Under the pieces are notes generated by a model that worked only from the letters and a program-made list of their open reading frames with translations, was not told the DNA's origin and made no database searches. From positions 1 to 64,000 of IMG/VR virus record IMGVR_UViG_3300035499_000465: a stretch of 64,000 nucleotides of DNA. One strand, 5' to 3'. A program made the position numbers and the translations under genes. The DNA comes from a virus. How positions within the stretch are numbered: position 1 is the stretch's first letter; every line of letters begins with the position of its first letter. Shown here piece by piece: positions 33,424 to 43,788 of this stretch.

Positions 33424-35799
33424 ATGCAAAATATTATTGAAACACCAATTATTCCAGAAGTTGAACAAAGCTTTCTTGATTATAGCGTTAGTGTGATCAC
33501 AGATAGAGCATTGCCTTCAACTGAAGATGGTTTAAAACCAGTAGCAAGAAGAATCCTTTATGATATGTTTGATAAAGGATTTACAAATAATAAGAAATTT
33601 GTTAAGTGCGCGCAGCCAGTAGGAGATACAATGGGTAGATTTCATCCTCATGGTGATAGCTCTATTTATGGCGCTCTTGTTTGGTTATCTCAACCTTGGA
33701 ATATGCGTTATCCATTAATTTCTTTTCATGGAAATAATGGAAGCCGAGATGGGGATGAAGCTGCGGCTTATAGATATACAGAATGTAAGCTTTCTAAGAT
33801 GGGTGAAGAAATGCTTGCCGATATTAAGAAAGATACGGTTGATTGGGCAAACGCTTATACAGATGAAGAACAAGAGCCAATTTATTTACCAGGCCGGATT
33901 CCCAATCTATTGGTAAATGGAACTTCTGGAATTGCAGTTGCAATGGCTTGTTCTTTTGCTCCACATAATTTAAATGAAATTATGGATGCAACAATTCACG
34001 TTTTAAATAATCCAGATTGTGAAATTAAAGAACTTTTAAATTTTATTAAAGGTCCTGATTTTCCAACGGGCGGATTAATTATTAATAAAAATGAACTTAG
34101 TAATGCCTATTTAACAGGTAAAGGCAGAGCTAGAATAAGAGGAGAATATAAGATTGAAACAGACAACGGACACGATTCTATCGTATTTTATAGTATACCC
34201 TATAAAGTCTCAAAAGAACAACTTACAATCGATCTGGATAAGCTCTGCGAAGAAAGAAAGATTGAAGGGATTACGGCGATTCGAGACGAAAGTAATCAGC
34301 AAGGTGTACGTTTTGTTATCGAACTTGCCAAAGGAGTCTCTGCTGAACCAATTATTTCAAAAATTTTTAAATTTACGAGACTTGAAGATACTTATAGTAT
34401 CAACCAAGTAGCTTTGGTCAATAAAAAACCTTTATTGCTTAATATTAAACAAATGATTGAGATTTATATTGAACATCAAAAAGATGTTCTTCTTCGTAAA
34501 ACTAAATATGAAGCAGATAAGATTCAAGCTAGAATTCATATTTTAGATGGTTTGTTAATTGCACTTGAAGATATTGATAATATCATTGCTCTTATTAAGA
34601 AATCTGAAAGTGCGGCGGCCGCTAAGACAAAACTCATGGATACTTACAATCTCAGCGAAGCGCAAGCTAAGGCTATTTTGGATATGAAACTTAGCAAATT
34701 AGCTAAGTTAGAGAGTGTAGAAATCCAGAAGGAGAAAGAAAAACTTGAAGCAGAATTTGATAGATTAAGTCAGATTCTTAAAAATCCTGTTCCAGAATTA
34801 AATAATATTTTTAATTATTTAAAAGATACATATGGTGATGAACGAAGAACAACAATTACTCAAGTTGAAGTTTCCAAAGAGGCAAAAGAAATTGAGTTTG
34901 TTGAACCAGAAAAATGTGTTGTTGTAATGACGGAAGGTGGACTTATTAAAAGAGTTCCAAGTTCTTCTTTCCGAACTCAGAAGAGAAACGGAAAAGGTAT
35001 AAAAACTCAAGACGATATTACATCTACAATTATTAGAACAAATACGATTGATTCATTAATGATCTTTACAGATAAAGGCAGAATGTATCGTATTTTAGTA
35101 AATGACATTCCAGTAGGTACAAATGTTACAAAAGGTCAGTCCATAAAATCTTTGATTGCAATGGATACTGATGAACAGCCAACTTTAATGTATTCAATTT
35201 ATAGAGATACTGATGCTAAATTCATTTTATTCGTAACTAAAAATGGATTAGTTAAAAAGACATCTCTTGAAGAATATGTTAAAACTAAAAAGAAAACAGG
35301 CATCGCCGCGATTACTCTTAAAGATGGAGATAGTTTAGCTTCTGTAAGTCTGATTAAAGATGAAGATTTAATTATTTTGACACATGATGGAATGGGCATT
35401 AGATTTAATTCAAATGAAGTAAGTGCTACTTCAAGAGCTACTTCTGGAGTAAAAGGAATCACTTTAAAGGATGAAGATTATGTAATATCTGCGCTTCCAG
35501 TGCGTCATCCAGAAGATCAATTAGCAATCTTTTGTGAAAGAGGTTTAGCTAAAAAAATAAAGATAGAAGAACTTATTAAACAGAAGAGAGGCGGTAAAGG
35601 TCTAGTTTGTTATAAGACCGGACCTACTACTGGAGGAATTGCTGCTGGGTCTTTAATCAGTGATGAAGATTCTATTCTTATTGTTGGAGATAAAAGTTCA
35701 ATTTGTATTTCTGCAATAGATGTCCCTCTTTTAAGTCGAGCTTCTATTGGAAATCAAATTATCAAAGGTAATAAAATTAAATCTGTTTCAAAAGTATAA
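33424..35799 (+). CDS. type IIA DNA topoisomerase subunit A (GyrA/ParC-like)
   Basis: DGLKPVARRILY. Active-site Tyr context AAAYRYTE. 791 aa. Confidence 0.9.
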   Translation: MQNIIETPIIPEVEQSFLDYSVSVITDRALPSTEDGLKPVARRILYDMFDKGFTNNKKFVKCAQPVGDTMGRFHPHGDSSIYGALVWLSQPWNMRYPLISFHGNNGSRDGDEAAAYRYTECKLSKMGEEMLADIKKDTVDWANAYTDEEQEPIYLPGRIPNLLVNGTSGIAVAMACSFAPHNLNEIMDATIHVLNNPDCEIKELLNFIKGPDFPTGGLIINKNELSNAYLTGKGRARIRGEYKIETDNGHDSIVFYSIPYKVSKEQLTIDLDKLCEERKIEGITAIRDESNQQGVRFVIELAKGVSAEPIISKIFKFTRLEDTYSINQVALVNKKPLLLNIKQMIEIYIEHQKDVLLRKTKYEADKIQARIHILDGLLIALEDIDNIIALIKKSESAAAAKTKLMDTYNLSEAQAKAILDMKLSKLAKLESVEIQKEKEKLEAEFDRLSQILKNPVPELNNIFNYLKDTYGDERRTTITQVEVSKEAKEIEFVEPEKCVVVMTEGGLIKRVPSSSFRTQKRNGKGIKTQDDITSTIIRTNTIDSLMIFTDKGRMYRILVNDIPVGTNVTKGQSIKSLIAMDTDEQPTLMYSIYRDTDAKFILFVTKNGLVKKTSLEEYVKTKKKTGIAAITLKDGDSLASVSLIKDEDLIILTHDGMGIRFNSNEVSATSRATSGVKGITLKDEDYVISALPVRHPEDQLAIFCERGLAKKIKIEELIKQKRGGKGLVCYKTGPTTGGIAAGSLISDEDSILIVGDKSSICISAIDVPLLSRASIGNQIIKGNKIKSVSKV

Positions 35800-35802
35800 A
35801 AT

Positions 35803-35836
35803 TATAGAGGACTTATTATAAGTCCTCTATTTTGAT
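35803..35836 (+). terminator. rho-independent terminator
   Basis: ATAGAGGACTTAT-TATAAGTCCTCTAT-TTTGATTTTT. Confidence 0.7.
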
Positions 35837-35860
35837 TTTTCTAAAAATTTTTTATATAAT
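35832..35860 (+). promoter_or_regulatory. conserved promoter copy
   Basis: TTGATT-N17-TATAAT after hairpin 35803-35832. Upstream of ligA. Confidence 0.6.
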
Positions 35861-35892
35861 ATAAATATAAATAAAAAAGAAAGGGTAAAAAT

Positions 35893-37878
35893 ATGAGCGA
35901 TGAAATAGAAAAAAAGAAATATAATGAAATGCAGACTTTAGTTAATATGCTTAATGATTGGACTAAAGAATATGATAAAGGAACTCCAGTTGTAACAGAT
36001 AAAGAATGGGATGATAAATATTTTGCTCTTGCTCAATTAGAAAAAGAAATCGGTTATACTTTACCCAATTCTCCAACCCAAGCTATTAATTATGAAGTAG
36101 TTAATAATCTTCAAAAAGTTAAACATAATCATTTTATGTCTTCTCTTGCAAAAACTAAAGATTGGAATGAATTTTTACAATATTTTAGTGAAAAAAATGT
36201 AAGTAAAGATGTAATTGGTATGCCAAAGTTAGATGGTTTAACTTGTTCTATTAGATATTTAGATGGAAAACTTGTTAGTGCAGAAACAAGAGGCAATGGA
36301 GAAATTGGAGAAGATATTTTTCATAATGCAAAAGTATTACCATCAATTCCAAAAAAAATTAACTATACTGATGAATTAATTATTGATGGAGAAATTATTT
36401 GTGATATAGAAACTTTTAATCAAAAATTTGTAGATAATTATGCCAATCCAAGAAACTTTGCGGCCGGCTCAATTAGGCTTTTAGATTCTAAAGAATGTTA
36501 TAATCGACATTTAACTTTTGTAGCTTGGAATATTGTAAAAGGTTTTGAAGATACAAATAGTTTTTTAAAAAGATTAGTTCAGCTAGATGAATTAGGTTTT
36601 GTTGTAGTTCCATGGACTAGCAGTTTTGATTATGATGCTAAAGAATTTTTAATTGATCAATCTAAGAAACTTGGTTATCCAATAGATGGATTAGTTGGAA
36701 GATTTAATGATATTGCTTTTGGACAATCTCTTGGAAGCACTGGACATCATTCTAAAGCAGCTTATGCTTTTAAATTTTATGATGAAACATATGATACTTA
36801 TTTGAGAAATATTGAATGGACAATGGGAAGAACTGGTATATTAACTCCTGTTGCGGTTTTTGATCCAGTAGAAGCAGATGGTTCAACTATTGAAAGAGCC
36901 AGTATGCACAATATTAGTATTATGGATGAGTTGCTTGGTAAGCATCCTCATGAAGGTCAGACTATAAAAGTTTTTAAAGCAAATATGATAATTCCTCAAA
37001 TTTACTCTGCTGAAAAATCAGAAGAGTTTTCTGAAAGAGAATTTTCTCTTATTCAGACTTGTCCAATTTGCGGCAAGTTTTCTACAAAAGTAGTTGAGTC
37101 TGATAGTGGAGTTCTTAATATGTATTGTACTAATCCAGACTGTGATGGTAAATTAATTAATAAATTAGATCATTTTTGTAATAAACATGGTCTTGATATT
37201 AAAGGTTTATCGACTGCGACTCTTGAAAAACTTATTGACTTAGGATGGCTTACTTGTTATGAAGACATATATAAATTATATGAGCATCAAGAGGATTGGG
37301 AAAAACTTCCAGGTTTTGGAGAAAAATCTGTTTCTAATGTTTTAGATGCAATAAAAAAGAGCCAAAGTTGTTCTTTGGAATCTTTTATTACAGCTATCGG
37401 AATTCCTTTAATAGGACGAAATGTTTCAAAAGAATTATGTAAACATATTGATAGCTATGAAGATTTTAGAAATAAAGTCGATGAAGGATTTGATTTTTCA
37501 GTTTTAGATGGTTTTGGCGATGTAAAATCTGAAAATATTTTAAAATTTGATTATACAGAAGCTGATAAAGTTTTTGACTATTTAAATATAGTAAAGAGTG
37601 ATAATAATCAAGAAAAAACATTAAATAATATTACTGTAGTAATTACAGGTAAGTTGTCTCATTTCAAAAATAGAGATGAATTAAAAAAGGTTATTGAAGA
37701 TATGGGTGGTAAAGTAACTGGATCAGTAAGCGGTAATACTACATATCTTATTAACAATAATAGCACATCAACAACTGGCAAAAATTTGACAGCGAAAAAG
37801 CTGGGAATTCCCATCTTAACAGAAGATGAATTTATTCAAAAATTTTTGACAAATGAAAAAAATAGTGCTATAATATAA
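35893..37878 (+). CDS. ligA: NAD-dependent DNA ligase
   Basis: Adenylation motif KLDG. Zn-finger CPICG..C..C. C-terminal BRCT domain. Confidence 0.9.
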   Translation: MSDEIEKKKYNEMQTLVNMLNDWTKEYDKGTPVVTDKEWDDKYFALAQLEKEIGYTLPNSPTQAINYEVVNNLQKVKHNHFMSSLAKTKDWNEFLQYFSEKNVSKDVIGMPKLDGLTCSIRYLDGKLVSAETRGNGEIGEDIFHNAKVLPSIPKKINYTDELIIDGEIICDIETFNQKFVDNYANPRNFAAGSIRLLDSKECYNRHLTFVAWNIVKGFEDTNSFLKRLVQLDELGFVVVPWTSSFDYDAKEFLIDQSKKLGYPIDGLVGRFNDIAFGQSLGSTGHHSKAAYAFKFYDETYDTYLRNIEWTMGRTGILTPVAVFDPVEADGSTIERASMHNISIMDELLGKHPHEGQTIKVFKANMIIPQIYSAEKSEEFSEREFSLIQTCPICGKFSTKVVESDSGVLNMYCTNPDCDGKLINKLDHFCNKHGLDIKGLSTATLEKLIDLGWLTCYEDIYKLYEHQEDWEKLPGFGEKSVSNVLDAIKKSQSCSLESFITAIGIPLIGRNVSKELCKHIDSYEDFRNKVDEGFDFSVLDGFGDVKSENILKFDYTEADKVFDYLNIVKSDNNQEKTLNNITVVITGKLSHFKNRDELKKVIEDMGGKVTGSVSGNTTYLINNNSTSTTGKNLTAKKLGIPILTEDEFIQKFLTNEKNSAII

Positions 37879-37906
37879 ATGTAAAGATTAAGGAAGAAAA
37901 ATTTTT

Positions 37907-38104
37907 ATGAAGAAAAAAGAGCTTAAAGACTTGGCAAAACATATTGCCAAAGCAGAATTAGTGCTTCAAAGCAACGTAGATCCTATAACAAGGAAGAATG
38001 CCATGAATGAAATAATGGCATTGTCAGATCAAGTTCCATATGACGATATGATGATAGTCGATGAAATGGTTCAAAAAATTATTAAAAAAGTTCTTGACAA
38101 ATAA
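37907..38104 (+). CDS. hypothetical protein
   Basis: ORF. Confidence 0.3.
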   Translation: MKKKELKDLAKHIAKAELVLQSNVDPITRKNAMNEIMALSDQVPYDDMMIVDEMVQKIIKKVLDK

Positions 38105-38122
38105 AAAATTTTTTGATATAAT
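38094..38122 (+). promoter_or_regulatory. promoter variant (TTGACA-N17-TATAAT)
   Basis: TTGACAAATAAAAAATTTTTTGATATAATATTTACATAAG. Overlaps the 3' end of ORF 37907-38104. Confidence 0.55.
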
Positions 38123-38198
38123 ATTTACATAAGCTAAAAGAAATAAGCTTAACACTTATCAAAAAAAAAATATTTTTAATCAAAAGGAGATTACAATT

Positions 38199-38471
38199 AT
38201 GGCAATGAAAGAGAATTCTAAGAAAGTACTTGAATATTTGAAACAGGTTAATGGAGCACAGATTACAGCAGCTGATGTTGCTACAGCACTTGGTCTTGAG
38301 AAGAGAAGTGTAGATGGTATTTTTACTTCTGCTATTCAGCGTAAAGGACTTGGCGTTCGTACTCCGGCAGAGGTTGAGCTTGAGGATGGAACCCATAAGG
38401 CAGTTAAGTTCTTGTCTCTAACCCCAGCAGGACTTGCATTTGATCCGGATGCAGAAGAGACTGCTGAGTAA
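38199..38471 (+). CDS. small winged-helix-like protein (higher GC than neighbours)
   Basis: VATALGLEKRSVDGIFTSAIQRKGL. RBS AAAGGAG. Followed by terminator 38497-38526. Confidence 0.3.
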   Translation: MAMKENSKKVLEYLKQVNGAQITAADVATALGLEKRSVDGIFTSAIQRKGLGVRTPAEVELEDGTHKAVKFLSLTPAGLAFDPDAEETAE

Positions 38472-38496
38472 TTAACAATCGAATAAAGTAAATAAC

Positions 38497-38526
38497 GGGG
38501 GTAGATAATTCTACCCCTTTTCTTTT
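38497..38526 (+). terminator. rho-independent terminator
   Basis: GGGGGTAGA-taatt-CTACCCC-TTTTCTTTT. Confidence 0.7.
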
Positions 38527-38528
38527 AA

Positions 38529-39482
38529 ATGGATATATTATTAGTAGGAGTTTTAGTTGGTCTATTAATAGGAATTGGGGTAACCTATTATTGTTTATTA
38601 CCAAAAATGAAATTAACTGAAGAATTAGACCAAAAAATAAAATTTCAAAATCAAACAGAACGTAATGAATTAAAACAACTTCAAGCTAAAAGAGCTGAAT
38701 TATCAGAAGAAAATGATAGACTTTTAGAATATTTAACTCAACAATCTGAGAAAGCTAAAAAAGTTGCACAAGATTATTACAATTCTGAAATGAAAAATGT
38801 TAAAAAACAGTTAGAAGAATATCGTTCTCAAATTGAAAAATCTTATAAAAAAGCACAAGATGATTATCAGCAAGAATATTTAAAAATATTAAGTGATGCC
38901 GCAGAAAATTTTGAAGTAAAACTTCGAGGGTCTAGGTTTGAGCTAAAAAATTTACAAGATAGATTAAGACAAGAGAAAAAAACAGTCGATGCCGCAGTTG
39001 AAGCAAATAAACGAGCGGTTGAAATGGAAAATAAAAAAGATTTCTATAGACTTGTTTTATCAGATCAAGATAAAGCAGAAATTTCTGAGTTAAGAAAAAT
39101 TATTCCTAATTTACGAAATGCAGAACCTTTAAATAAAGTTATATATAAGGTTTATTATGAAAAACCTTATACAGATTTAATCGGGCGAGTAGTTGGATCA
39201 GGTATTCATTGTGGAATTTATAAAATTACTAATCTTGAAAATCAAATGTGTTATGTTGGACAAGCAGTTAATATTGCTGAAAGATGGAAACAACACATTA
39301 AACGCGGTTTAGGAGCAGAAGCGCCAACCCGCAATAAATTATATCCAGCTATGCTTGCTTTTGGAGTTGAAAACTTTTCTTTTGAAGTTATTGAAGAATG
39401 TAGTAGAGATCAGTTAGATAAGAGAGAAGATTATTGGCAAGAATATTTTAAAGCAAAAGAATTTGGGTATAGTATAAAATGA
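38529..39482 (+). CDS. membrane-anchored coiled-coil protein with C-terminal GIY-YIG nuclease domain
   Basis: TM helix at aa 1-25, then ~180 aa of coiled coil. GIY-YIG motifs GIYKITN...CYVGQA...R..H and YWQEYF...GYS. Confidence 0.7.
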   Translation: MDILLVGVLVGLLIGIGVTYYCLLPKMKLTEELDQKIKFQNQTERNELKQLQAKRAELSEENDRLLEYLTQQSEKAKKVAQDYYNSEMKNVKKQLEEYRSQIEKSYKKAQDDYQQEYLKILSDAAENFEVKLRGSRFELKNLQDRLRQEKKTVDAAVEANKRAVEMENKKDFYRLVLSDQDKAEISELRKIIPNLRNAEPLNKVIYKVYYEKPYTDLIGRVVGSGIHCGIYKITNLENQMCYVGQAVNIAERWKQHIKRGLGAEAPTRNKLYPAMLAFGVENFSFEVIEECSRDQLDKREDYWQEYFKAKEFGYSIK

Positions 39483-39673
39483 TAGAAATAGAAATTGGTA
39501 TGAATGGTCAAATATTGCATAAATGCAAAAGTAAAGTTGAAGCATATGTAGCAATCGATCATTTATTTAATTTAATTGAAAAAAATGAAAGTGATTATCC
39601 TAAAGATCGGATAGAAAGAATATTTGAAAAGGGGAAGCTAGAAGATAGTAATTTATCTAGCGAGAAAAGATGA
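39479..39673 (+). CDS. hypothetical protein
   Basis: ORF. Confidence 0.25.
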   Translation: MIEIEIGMNGQILHKCKSKVEAYVAIDHLFNLIEKNESDYPKDRIERIFEKGKLEDSNLSSEKR

Positions 39674-40566
39674 AATTTGAAAATATAAGGGTATATAATT
39701 TTCAATACGCATTAAGAGGTATGCGCAATCCAAAAAATTCTTGGGCAAATAGTGACAGTTTTTTTGGACTTGTTAATTTTGAACATGATGAGCATGATTA
39801 TGACATAGCTGAAAAATGGGATAAAGAAAAATATCCAGAAGTCTATGGAGAAGAGGCAGAAAAATCTTTTGATGAAATTGATCAATGGTTAATTAAAAAT
39901 GGTGTTCTTCAGAAAGACGACGAAAATATGATTGCTGATGTAGCTTTTATTGGTCCAGATGATATGCGTCTTGCGCGCACTCTTATTAAATCTGGTCCAG
40001 AACATAGAAAGTTTTTACGTCAGATTTTTGTAACAGTTGATATTACAGCTCCTCTCTATTGGTGGAAAGAGTTTGATACTTATAAAGTAGGAACTGTAGC
40101 TAATTCGACTTCTACTATGCATAAAATCACTAGTAAGCCAATTACTATAGATTGTTTTGAAACTGATGATTATCAGTCAGATCTTGTTTATAAAACAACA
40201 ACAACCTATGATTGCTGGGGAGTAGGTGATTTTGAAAAAGAAACAATAAATACTCCAATAGAACAAATTATTGATTTTTGTGAATGGCTAAGAAAAAAAT
40301 ATCTTGAAACAAAAGATAAACGCTATTGGAAAGAACTTATTCGATGGCTACCAGAATCATGGTTGCAGACAAGAACTGTTACAATGAATTATGAAAATCT
40401 TTTTGCTATATGTTCTAAAAGTCAAAGACGCTTCCATAAATTAACTGAGTGGTCTGGTGATGGAGAAGAATTTTTGACCCCCAGTTTTATTAAATTTGCG
40501 AGACAGCTTCCATACTCAGCTGATTTTATTTTTATTGATGAACAAGAAGACTCAAAAGATTCTTAA
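39670..40566 (+). CDS. hypothetical protein
   Basis: ORF. No family recognised. Confidence 0.35.
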   Translation: MKFENIRVYNFQYALRGMRNPKNSWANSDSFFGLVNFEHDEHDYDIAEKWDKEKYPEVYGEEAEKSFDEIDQWLIKNGVLQKDDENMIADVAFIGPDDMRLARTLIKSGPEHRKFLRQIFVTVDITAPLYWWKEFDTYKVGTVANSTSTMHKITSKPITIDCFETDDYQSDLVYKTTTTYDCWGVGDFEKETINTPIEQIIDFCEWLRKKYLETKDKRYWKELIRWLPESWLQTRTVTMNYENLFAICSKSQRRFHKLTEWSGDGEEFLTPSFIKFARQLPYSADFIFIDEQEDSKDS

Positions 40567-40567
40567 T

Positions 40568-40596
40568 TTGATTTTTAAAACTAAAATTGATATAAT
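40568..40596 (+). promoter_or_regulatory. conserved promoter copy
   Basis: TTGATTTTTAAAACTAAAATTGATATAATATACATATAAAT. Confidence 0.6.
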
Positions 40597-40645
40597 ATAC
40601 ATATAAATTAAAGAAAAACAAATTAATAGAAAGCGAGTAAAATAA

Positions 40646-41002
40646 ATGAGTAAAAAGCAGGAATTTATTGATTATGTAGAGGAATATCTTTTTAAAGATA
40701 TTGAAAGGGTAGATATACCTGATAATGTTTGGAATTATTGGGAAGCGTTTAAAGGTCAAGAGGAAGTAGAAAAACCAATGTTTACTGACAATGGTAAACT
40801 TATTTTAAAATATATGCAGGATACAGTCTCTGAAGTTCCAATGCAGAAAGCAAAGGATATTGGAGAGGGATTATTTATCTCTTCTCGAGCAGTATCTGGG
40901 GCAATCAGAAAGCTTGTAACTGATGGATATGTTGAAAAAGTAGGTCAAGATCCAGTTATTTACACATTAACAGAATTAGGAAAGTCAGTAGAAATTGTAT
41001 AA
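40646..41002 (+). CDS. winged-helix (MarR-like) protein
   Basis: ISSRAVSGAIRKLVTDGYVEK. Confidence 0.35.
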   Translation: MSKKQEFIDYVEEYLFKDIERVDIPDNVWNYWEAFKGQEEVEKPMFTDNGKLILKYMQDTVSEVPMQKAKDIGEGLFISSRAVSGAIRKLVTDGYVEKVGQDPVIYTLTELGKSVEIV

Positions 41003-41047
41003 TAAAAATAAAATATTTATTAAAACTTTAAAGGAGAATATGTAATT

Positions 41048-41983
41048 ATGAAAAATATGATTAATAAAACACACATCGAAGGCTTACTTTATGAGCATGC
41101 ACTTGAATTAAGAGTTTCTGGACCGAATTCTAAAAATCCGGGAACAGAATTTATTATGGGAACTGTAAGTGTTGCAACCGATGATAAAATTACAAATATT
41201 GTTCCAGTTCATTATTCTTATGTAACTGCAACAACTTCAAAGGGCAATCCAAATGCAACCTTTTCTACTCTGAAAGATATTATTGATGGAAAACTTTGTT
41301 CTGTAATGGAGCATGGTGCTGATAAAGCAGTTAAACTTCGCATTGATTCTGCTCTTGGACTTAATGAGTTTTATTCTGATCGTAATGGCAAAGAAGAGCT
41401 TGTAAGTGCAAAGAGAAATGAGGGCGGATTTATTCATACTTGTACAGAGCTTGATCAGGATGAAAAGAATCGTAATACATTTGATGTTGATATGTTAATT
41501 ACTAATGTAGTTAGACTTGATGCAGATGAAGAAAGAAATATTCCAGAAAAATGTATTGTTAAAGGTGCAATTTTTGATTTTAGAAAATCTCTTCTTCCAA
41601 TAGAATTCAGTGCTGTAAATCCTAACGCAATGAATTATTTTGAGGGTCTTGGCGCTTCTTCTAAAGAGCCAGTATTTACTAAAGTTTGGGGTCGTCAGGT
41701 TTCTGAGACTATAACGAGAAAAGTTACTGAAGAATCCGCATTCGGAGATGATGTTGTTCGAGAGATTAAATCTACTAGAAAAGATTTTGTAATTACTGGT
41801 GCAGCAAAAGAGCCATATCTGTGGGATGAAGCTGATACAATTACAGCTGCTGAATTGACAGAAGCTATGGCGAATAGAGAAACAATGCTTGCGGCATTAA
41901 AGCAGCGTCAGGAAGATTATAAAGCTTCTAAAGGTCAGGCAACTGCGCAGGCAGCTCCGGCACAGGGTGCTTTTAATTTCTAA
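41048..41983 (+). CDS. putative ssDNA-binding protein
   Basis: Position at the head of the replication module. Gln/Ala-rich tail ending GAFNF, reminiscent of the SSB C-terminal ..DIPF. Weak evidence. Confidence 0.3.
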   Translation: MKNMINKTHIEGLLYEHALELRVSGPNSKNPGTEFIMGTVSVATDDKITNIVPVHYSYVTATTSKGNPNATFSTLKDIIDGKLCSVMEHGADKAVKLRIDSALGLNEFYSDRNGKEELVSAKRNEGGFIHTCTELDQDEKNRNTFDVDMLITNVVRLDADEERNIPEKCIVKGAIFDFRKSLLPIEFSAVNPNAMNYFEGLGASSKEPVFTKVWGRQVSETITRKVTEESAFGDDVVREIKSTRKDFVITGAAKEPYLWDEADTITAAELTEAMANRETMLAALKQRQEDYKASKGQATAQAAPAQGAFNF

Positions 41984-42081
41984 TTATTCATTCTCCCCTT
42001 AATTGGGGAGATTGACTGACTAATAAAAACATTTAATTAAAAAAAGATAAAAGTAAAGATTTTAAAAGGAGATTATTTAAT

Positions 42082-43074
42082 ATGGGAAATTCATTACTAG
42101 ATATTAAGCCACATCAGGTCAGTCGAGATTTACGTGGATATTCAGTTTTGTTCTATGGAACACCAAAATCTGGAAAAACCACTATTGCAAGTAAATTCCC
42201 TGGCGCACTTGTACTTGCATTTGAAAAAGGATATAGCGCAATTCCTGGTATTATGGCAAAACCGATGAATAACTGGGGAGATTTTAAAAAAGCTCTTTCT
42301 GAATTAAAAGATCCAGCAGTAAAAGAGATCTTTCAGACAGTTGTAATTGATACTGCTGATATTGCTTATGGATATTGTGAAAAATATATTTGTAGTAGAG
42401 AATCTACTGCAAAAGATTCATATGAGAATATTGCAGATATTCCTTATGGAAAAGGATATAAATTAACTCAAAATGAGTTTGATGAGTGTATTCGTAAAAT
42501 CCTTCAGATGGATTATGGTCTAGTTCTTATTAGTCATTCTCAGGACAAGACTTTTAAAGATGAAAAAGGTGTTGAGTATAATCAGATTGTTCCAACTCTT
42601 GATAATAAGGCAAGAACAATTTGCGAAAGAACTTGCGATATTATTGGTTATTCTCATTTAGTAGAAGATGAAAATGGTAATTCTACTACAAAGCTTTTTA
42701 TGAGAGGAACTCCAAGATTTGTTGCAGGATCTCGTTTTAAATATACTCCGCCAGTAATTGATTTTACATATGAAAATCTTGTAAAAGCAATTAGTGATGC
42801 GATTGATGAAGAGGAGAAACATCATGGAGCGCAGTTTATTACAGACTCTAGGGATGAAGCAATTCATTCAGAAGCTCCAGAATATGATTTTCCGGCAATG
42901 ATGGAAGAATTTCAGACGCTTGTTGGTAAGCTTATGGCTGCCAATCAGTCTAATTCCACAAAGATCACTCAGATTGTAGAAACATATCTGGGAAAAGGTA
43001 AGAAAGTTGGAGATTGTACTGCTGAGCAGGCTGCGCAGCTTGATATGATTCTCTTTGATCTTAAGAAACTTTGA
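42082..43074 (+). CDS. RecA-fold ATPase, AAA_24/Sak4-like
   Basis: Walker A GTPKSGKTT. Walker B VVIDTAD. Confidence 0.5.
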   Translation: MGNSLLDIKPHQVSRDLRGYSVLFYGTPKSGKTTIASKFPGALVLAFEKGYSAIPGIMAKPMNNWGDFKKALSELKDPAVKEIFQTVVIDTADIAYGYCEKYICSRESTAKDSYENIADIPYGKGYKLTQNEFDECIRKILQMDYGLVLISHSQDKTFKDEKGVEYNQIVPTLDNKARTICERTCDIIGYSHLVEDENGNSTTKLFMRGTPRFVAGSRFKYTPPVIDFTYENLVKAISDAIDEEEKHHGAQFITDSRDEAIHSEAPEYDFPAMMEEFQTLVGKLMAANQSNSTKITQIVETYLGKGKKVGDCTAEQAAQLDMILFDLKKL

Positions 43075-43185
43075 TTAAAACCTTAGAAGTAACAATGGTT
43101 GTGAGTAGGAGAACCGCTGTGCAAGTATCGTCATTCAGAAGGTCGAGAAAAGATGTATCCGAAAGCCTAAGGTTCATATAGATTA

Positions 43186-43214
43186 GAAGCGGAAGAAATT
43201 CCGCTTCTTTTGAT
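43186..43214 (+). terminator. rho-independent terminator
   Basis: GAAGCGGAA-gaaatt-CCGCTTC-TTTTGATTTTT. Confidence 0.7.
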
Positions 43215-43238
43215 TTTTATTAAAAAATATGGTATAAT
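43210..43238 (+). promoter_or_regulatory. conserved promoter copy
   Basis: TTGATT-N17-TATAAT after terminator 43186-43211. Heads the replication module. Confidence 0.6.
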
Positions 43239-43269
43239 ATTTATATAGGGTAAAGAAAGGAGTGCTTAA

Positions 43270-43788
43270 ATGGCTCATATCGTTACCTGTGTATATTGTA
43301 AAAAAAGATTTGATAGGGATAAATATCCAACGATAAAAGTATCAAATATGCGATATGCACATAAAGAATGTGCTGAAACTGAAGGAGAAAGATTAAAGAA
43401 AGAAGAAGCTGATAAACTTGAATTAGAGAATTATATAATGCAGCTATTTAAAGAAGATTATATAAATCCTAGAATAAGAAAACAAATTAATACTTTTATT
43501 GAAACTTATCATTATTCATACTCAGGTATTAAAAAAGCTTTAATTTATTTCCACGAAGTAAAAGGTAATTCTATTGAAAAATCAAATGGCGGTATAGGTA
43601 TTGTTCCTTATGTTTATAAGGATGCTTTCAATTATTATTATTCTATTTGGGAAGCTCAACAAAAGAATGATAAGATAAAAATAGAGGATTATGTACCTCA
43701 CGAAAAAGTAATTTCTATTCCCTCACCGCAAAAGAATGTAAAAAAAAGAAAGTTATTTTCTTTTTTAGATGAGGAGGAAGAAGTTTAA
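43270..43788 (+). CDS. hypothetical protein (N-terminal CxxC)
   Basis: ORF. Confidence 0.3.
   Translation: MAHIVTCVYCKKRFDRDKYPTIKVSNMRYAHKECAETEGERLKKEEADKLELENYIMQLFKEDYINPRIRKQINTFIETYHYSYSGIKKALIYFHEVKGNSIEKSNGGIGIVPYVYKDAFNYYYSIWEAQQKNDKIKIEDYVPHEKVISIPSPQKNVKKRKLFSFLDEEEEV

Noticed and set aside
39670-40566. Flavin-dependent thymidylate synthase (ThyX) call
   Set aside because: Only a vague resemblance (EHRKFLRQ..., STSTMH). The ThyX RHRxxSxxxxSxR motif is not present, so it is left hypothetical.
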